In this document: in pieces, positions 46,419 through 48,664 of the stretch
Position numbering within the stretch: the first letter of the stretch is position 1
How the letters are laid out: each line of letters opens with the position of its first letter
IMG/VR virus record: IMGVR_UViG_3300033407_000891
Location: 1 to 48,664 of that record
Reading direction: 5' to 3' (one strand)
From: a virus
Lineage: Duplodnaviria > Caudoviricetes
DNA length: 48,664 nucleotides
Notes under the pieces: generated by a model
Told to the model about the DNA's origin: nothing
Database searches by the model: none
The model's input: the letters and a program-made list of their open reading frames with translations, nothing else
Position numbers and translations under genes: made by a program

Positions 46419-46868
46419 TTAACTCACTTTCTTATATCCCGTTCCCCAACAATCTTCACAAGAATTTTCCCCACAACACCTATCAAAACCTACAATGACA
46501 CCATTTTTAATACTATTAGCAACATCCAATAATCTCTTCTTTCTTTCTACAATTTGCATCTTATGCAATTTACCTGTATCTGACAGTCCCTTTTTTCTTT
46601 CCCTTTCTCGCATCTTATATAATTTACCTTTATCTGATTTTCGCCATTCAGACCTATTTTGCTTTCCATTTTCAGACTGTGCATATTTTCTCTTAGCAGC
46701 TAATATCCTTTCTTGTCTTTCCTCTTCTGTTAATTTTGTTCCTTCTCTTTCTTCTTCTTGTAAAATCTCACTCTCTATTCTTAATCCCTCTCTTTTATCT
46801 TTATCTTCCTCAGTTAACTCATTATCATTCATATACGCCAAACGCATATTTTCATAATTACTAACCAT
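46419..46868 (-). CDS. Charged helical protein with S.xGK repeats and C-terminal Cys cluster
   Basis: SENGK/SDKGK/SDTGK repeats; CEDCWGTG; GGAGG RBS. Confidence 0.75.
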   Translation of the reverse strand: MVSNYENMRLAYMNDNELTEEDKDKREGLRIESEILQEEEREGTKLTEEERQERILAAKRKYAQSENGKQNRSEWRKSDKGKLYKMRERERKKGLSDTGKLHKMQIVERKKRLLDVANSIKNGVIVGFDRCCGENSCEDCWGTGYKKVS

Positions 46869-47186
46869 AAGGAATCCTCCAAAAAATTACTTAGTCAAAA
46901 CTCCTACAACTGCAAAACACTTATAACATCTTTCATAAAGACCAATCGGTATAAAGATTGACCACTTTCTGCAATAAATACAATACATATATTTATAATA
47001 ACCCCCTAAAAAACTTGCTTCCTAAAAGGAACAGATTTAATTATTTCTATAAATCTACATCTTACACATTGTTCTCCATAATTATCAAAATATCCATATA
47101 CAGAGTCCAAATCCCTAGATTGATAAAAAACTGTTTTATGTAATCCAAAAATACACAACAAAAGAGAAAAATTCATTATAAATCTT

Positions 47187-47396
47187 CTATACTAGTCTCC
47201 CTTGTTCCTGCAAATTTCTAGGCATAAACATAGTTTCAACATCATTTATAACTCTAGGAATTATAGTCAAAATTCCACTATAAATATCCATTTGATCTGC
47301 ACGTTCTACAAACTTCCAATGATATGCACACATAATCCTACGAGACAAAATCATAGTCTCACAAAAACTTATAGGACAATTCTTACTGTTATTCAT
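47187..47396 (-). CDS. Small Zn-binding protein
   Basis: CP...C......MC..HW motif; GGAGG RBS. Confidence 0.68.
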   Translation of the reverse strand: MNNSKNCPISFCETMILSRRIMCAYHWKFVERADQMDIYSGILTIIPRVINDVETMFMPRNLQEQGRLV

Positions 47397-47609
47397 CTTA
47401 ATCCTCCCATAACTTTATTTTTTTCTTTACTTAGCTTCCTCTACATCAATCATATTTTGCAAATTATCCTTATATCTTTGAATTTCCTCTCTTGACATGA
47501 AATTCGCATAAGCACCAAATCTTACCAACAATACTTTTCTCCAATTTGCTACCTGTTCATCTGTCAATCTATTATTCATAATAAAATCCTCCTAAATTCT
47601 AAAAACTCT

Positions 47610-47828
47610 TTAATTATCCACACCCTTAATTATAGGATAATCCTCTCCAGAAACAAAATCTAAATAACCTTTAATGATTTCATGTAAAGTAGGTAAAGAG
47701 TTAGAAAGAAAACCAGAAACACTCAAAAAATTGAAAATTTCCTTTGCTTCCTGTTCAGAAATCCTTAATTGCAAATCCTTATATGTCTTTTCTACAAAAA
47801 CAGTCCTATTAACATATTGATAATTCAT
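47610..47828 (-). CDS. Hypothetical protein
   Basis: AGGAGG RBS; first gene after promoter 47879-47907. Confidence 0.72.
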   Translation of the reverse strand: MNYQYVNRTVFVEKTYKDLQLRISEQEAKEIFNFLSVSGFLSNSLPTLHEIIKGYLDFVSGEDYPIIKGVDN

Positions 47829-47878
47829 AACAAAAATCCTCCTAAATTTTTACAAAATCAAACTTTTACGACAACACA

Positions 47879-47907
47879 ATCATACTCTCTTCTACAACCC
47901 CTGTCAA
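47879..47907 (-). promoter_or_regulatory. sigma70-type promoter (inward)
   Basis: TTGACA-17bp-TATGAT. Confidence 0.85.
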
Positions 47908-48062
47908 GAGTCTAGGTATTACACTTTTCTATAAGGGTATAGACCACACCTATACCTGACAGGGAAGTCATAGAACAACTATTCTATCTCTACCCTCCCT
48001 AACCTATAGGAGAAACCTATAACAAAACAGAAAGATATAGAAAACTTCTATAGAAAAAAGAC

Positions 48063-48091
48063 TTGACACTAGAACACAAAGAGAGTATGAT
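48063..48091 (+). promoter_or_regulatory. sigma70-type promoter pointing to the right end
   Basis: TTGACA-17bp-TATGAT. Confidence 0.87.
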
Positions 48092-48120
48092 AGAGGAAAT
48101 TCCTTAGAAGGAGAAAGAAA

Positions 48121-48345
48121 ATGAACAATGAAAAAGAAGAAAAAATAAACATCACCAAAGAAGAATGGGGAAGACTAGTAGAAACAGGAAAACAATTCAA
48201 GAAGTTTAATGATGAATCTCTTATAAACATGCTCAACAGACGAAAAGAAGAAGAAGCCAAAGAAAGAGCAAATATAATTGCAGGATTCATAGGACTAGGA
48301 ATTATAGGAATAGGAATAATCATAATAATAACACAAATTTCATGA
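48121..48345 (+). CDS. Small C-terminally anchored membrane protein
   Basis: AAGGAG RBS; Gly/Ile-rich TM tail. Confidence 0.72.
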   Translation: MNNEKEEKINITKEEWGRLVETGKQFKKFNDESLINMLNRRKEEEAKERANIIAGFIGLGIIGIGIIIIITQIS

Positions 48346-48378
48346 CAAAAAAGTCATAGAAAATCCACAGAAAAAGGC

Positions 48379-48407
48379 TTGACAAGCAAAACACAAGAGA
48401 GTATAGT
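48379..48407 (+). promoter_or_regulatory. sigma70-type promoter pointing to the right end
   Basis: TTGACA-17bp-TATAGT. Confidence 0.85.
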
Positions 48408-48450
48408 AGTAATAGAACAAGCACAAGAGTGCAGAAAGAGAAAAAAGGAA

Positions 48451-48651
48451 ATGTACCCATACAAAACAGAACAATATGAGAAAATAGACAAAAGCGCGCA
48501 AGGTGCATACTACGCCAAAGGATGGATAACGGGAATAATATACAATATAGAAAAGGGATACACAAAGGATACAGAAAGCGTAAAAAGAAGCCTAAAATTC
48601 CTACTAGAAAGAATGAAGGAAGATTTTGGAATAGTAAGTCAAGATGACTAA
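48451..48651 (+). CDS. Hypothetical protein (66 aa)
   Basis: Start moved to ATG 48451 (AAGGA RBS) because the ORF-track TTG is the -35 box. Confidence 0.68.
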   Translation: MYPYKTEQYEKIDKSAQGAYYAKGWITGIIYNIEKGYTKDTESVKRSLKFLLERMKEDFGIVSQDD

Positions 48652-48664
48652 ATAATAAAATGAA

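Noticed and set aside
1-48664. Exact terminal direct or inverted repeats
   Set aside because: The first and last bases do not match in either orientation by eye; true termini may be outside the window

Overview
AT-rich, gene-dense ~48.7 kb dsDNA virus genome (complete or nearly so), almost all on the minus strand. I find no HK97 capsid, terminase, portal, tail, lysin or integrase genes. The host signals are bacterial: nine near-consensus sigma70 promoters with 17-bp spacers, Shine-Dalgarno sites, an SPO1-type UDG-PolA fusion, class II RNR, a LuxR regulator, an AAA_24/SSB pair and four tRNAs. The structural module instead looks like that of archaeal spindle (lemon)-shaped viruses. It has two tandem paralogous ~67-aa two-helix hydrophobic capsid-like proteins resembling fusellovirus VP1/VP3, then a small basic protein, several large membrane-anchored ectodomain proteins, a Zot/pI-like ATPase and a beta-helix adhesin. 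The genome also encodes a divergent protein-primed-type PolB and an apparently complete lipid-linked glycosylation pathway (DPM1-like GT2, GtrA flippase, DUF2723/TMEM260-like and a second GT-C transferase). An ~8 kb array holds more than 20 tiny, very basic paralogous proteins. Best hypothesis (inference): a non-tailed, membrane-assembled, possibly spindle-shaped virus of a bacterium that glycosylates its own virion. All family calls come from motif recognition by eye; no searches were run.
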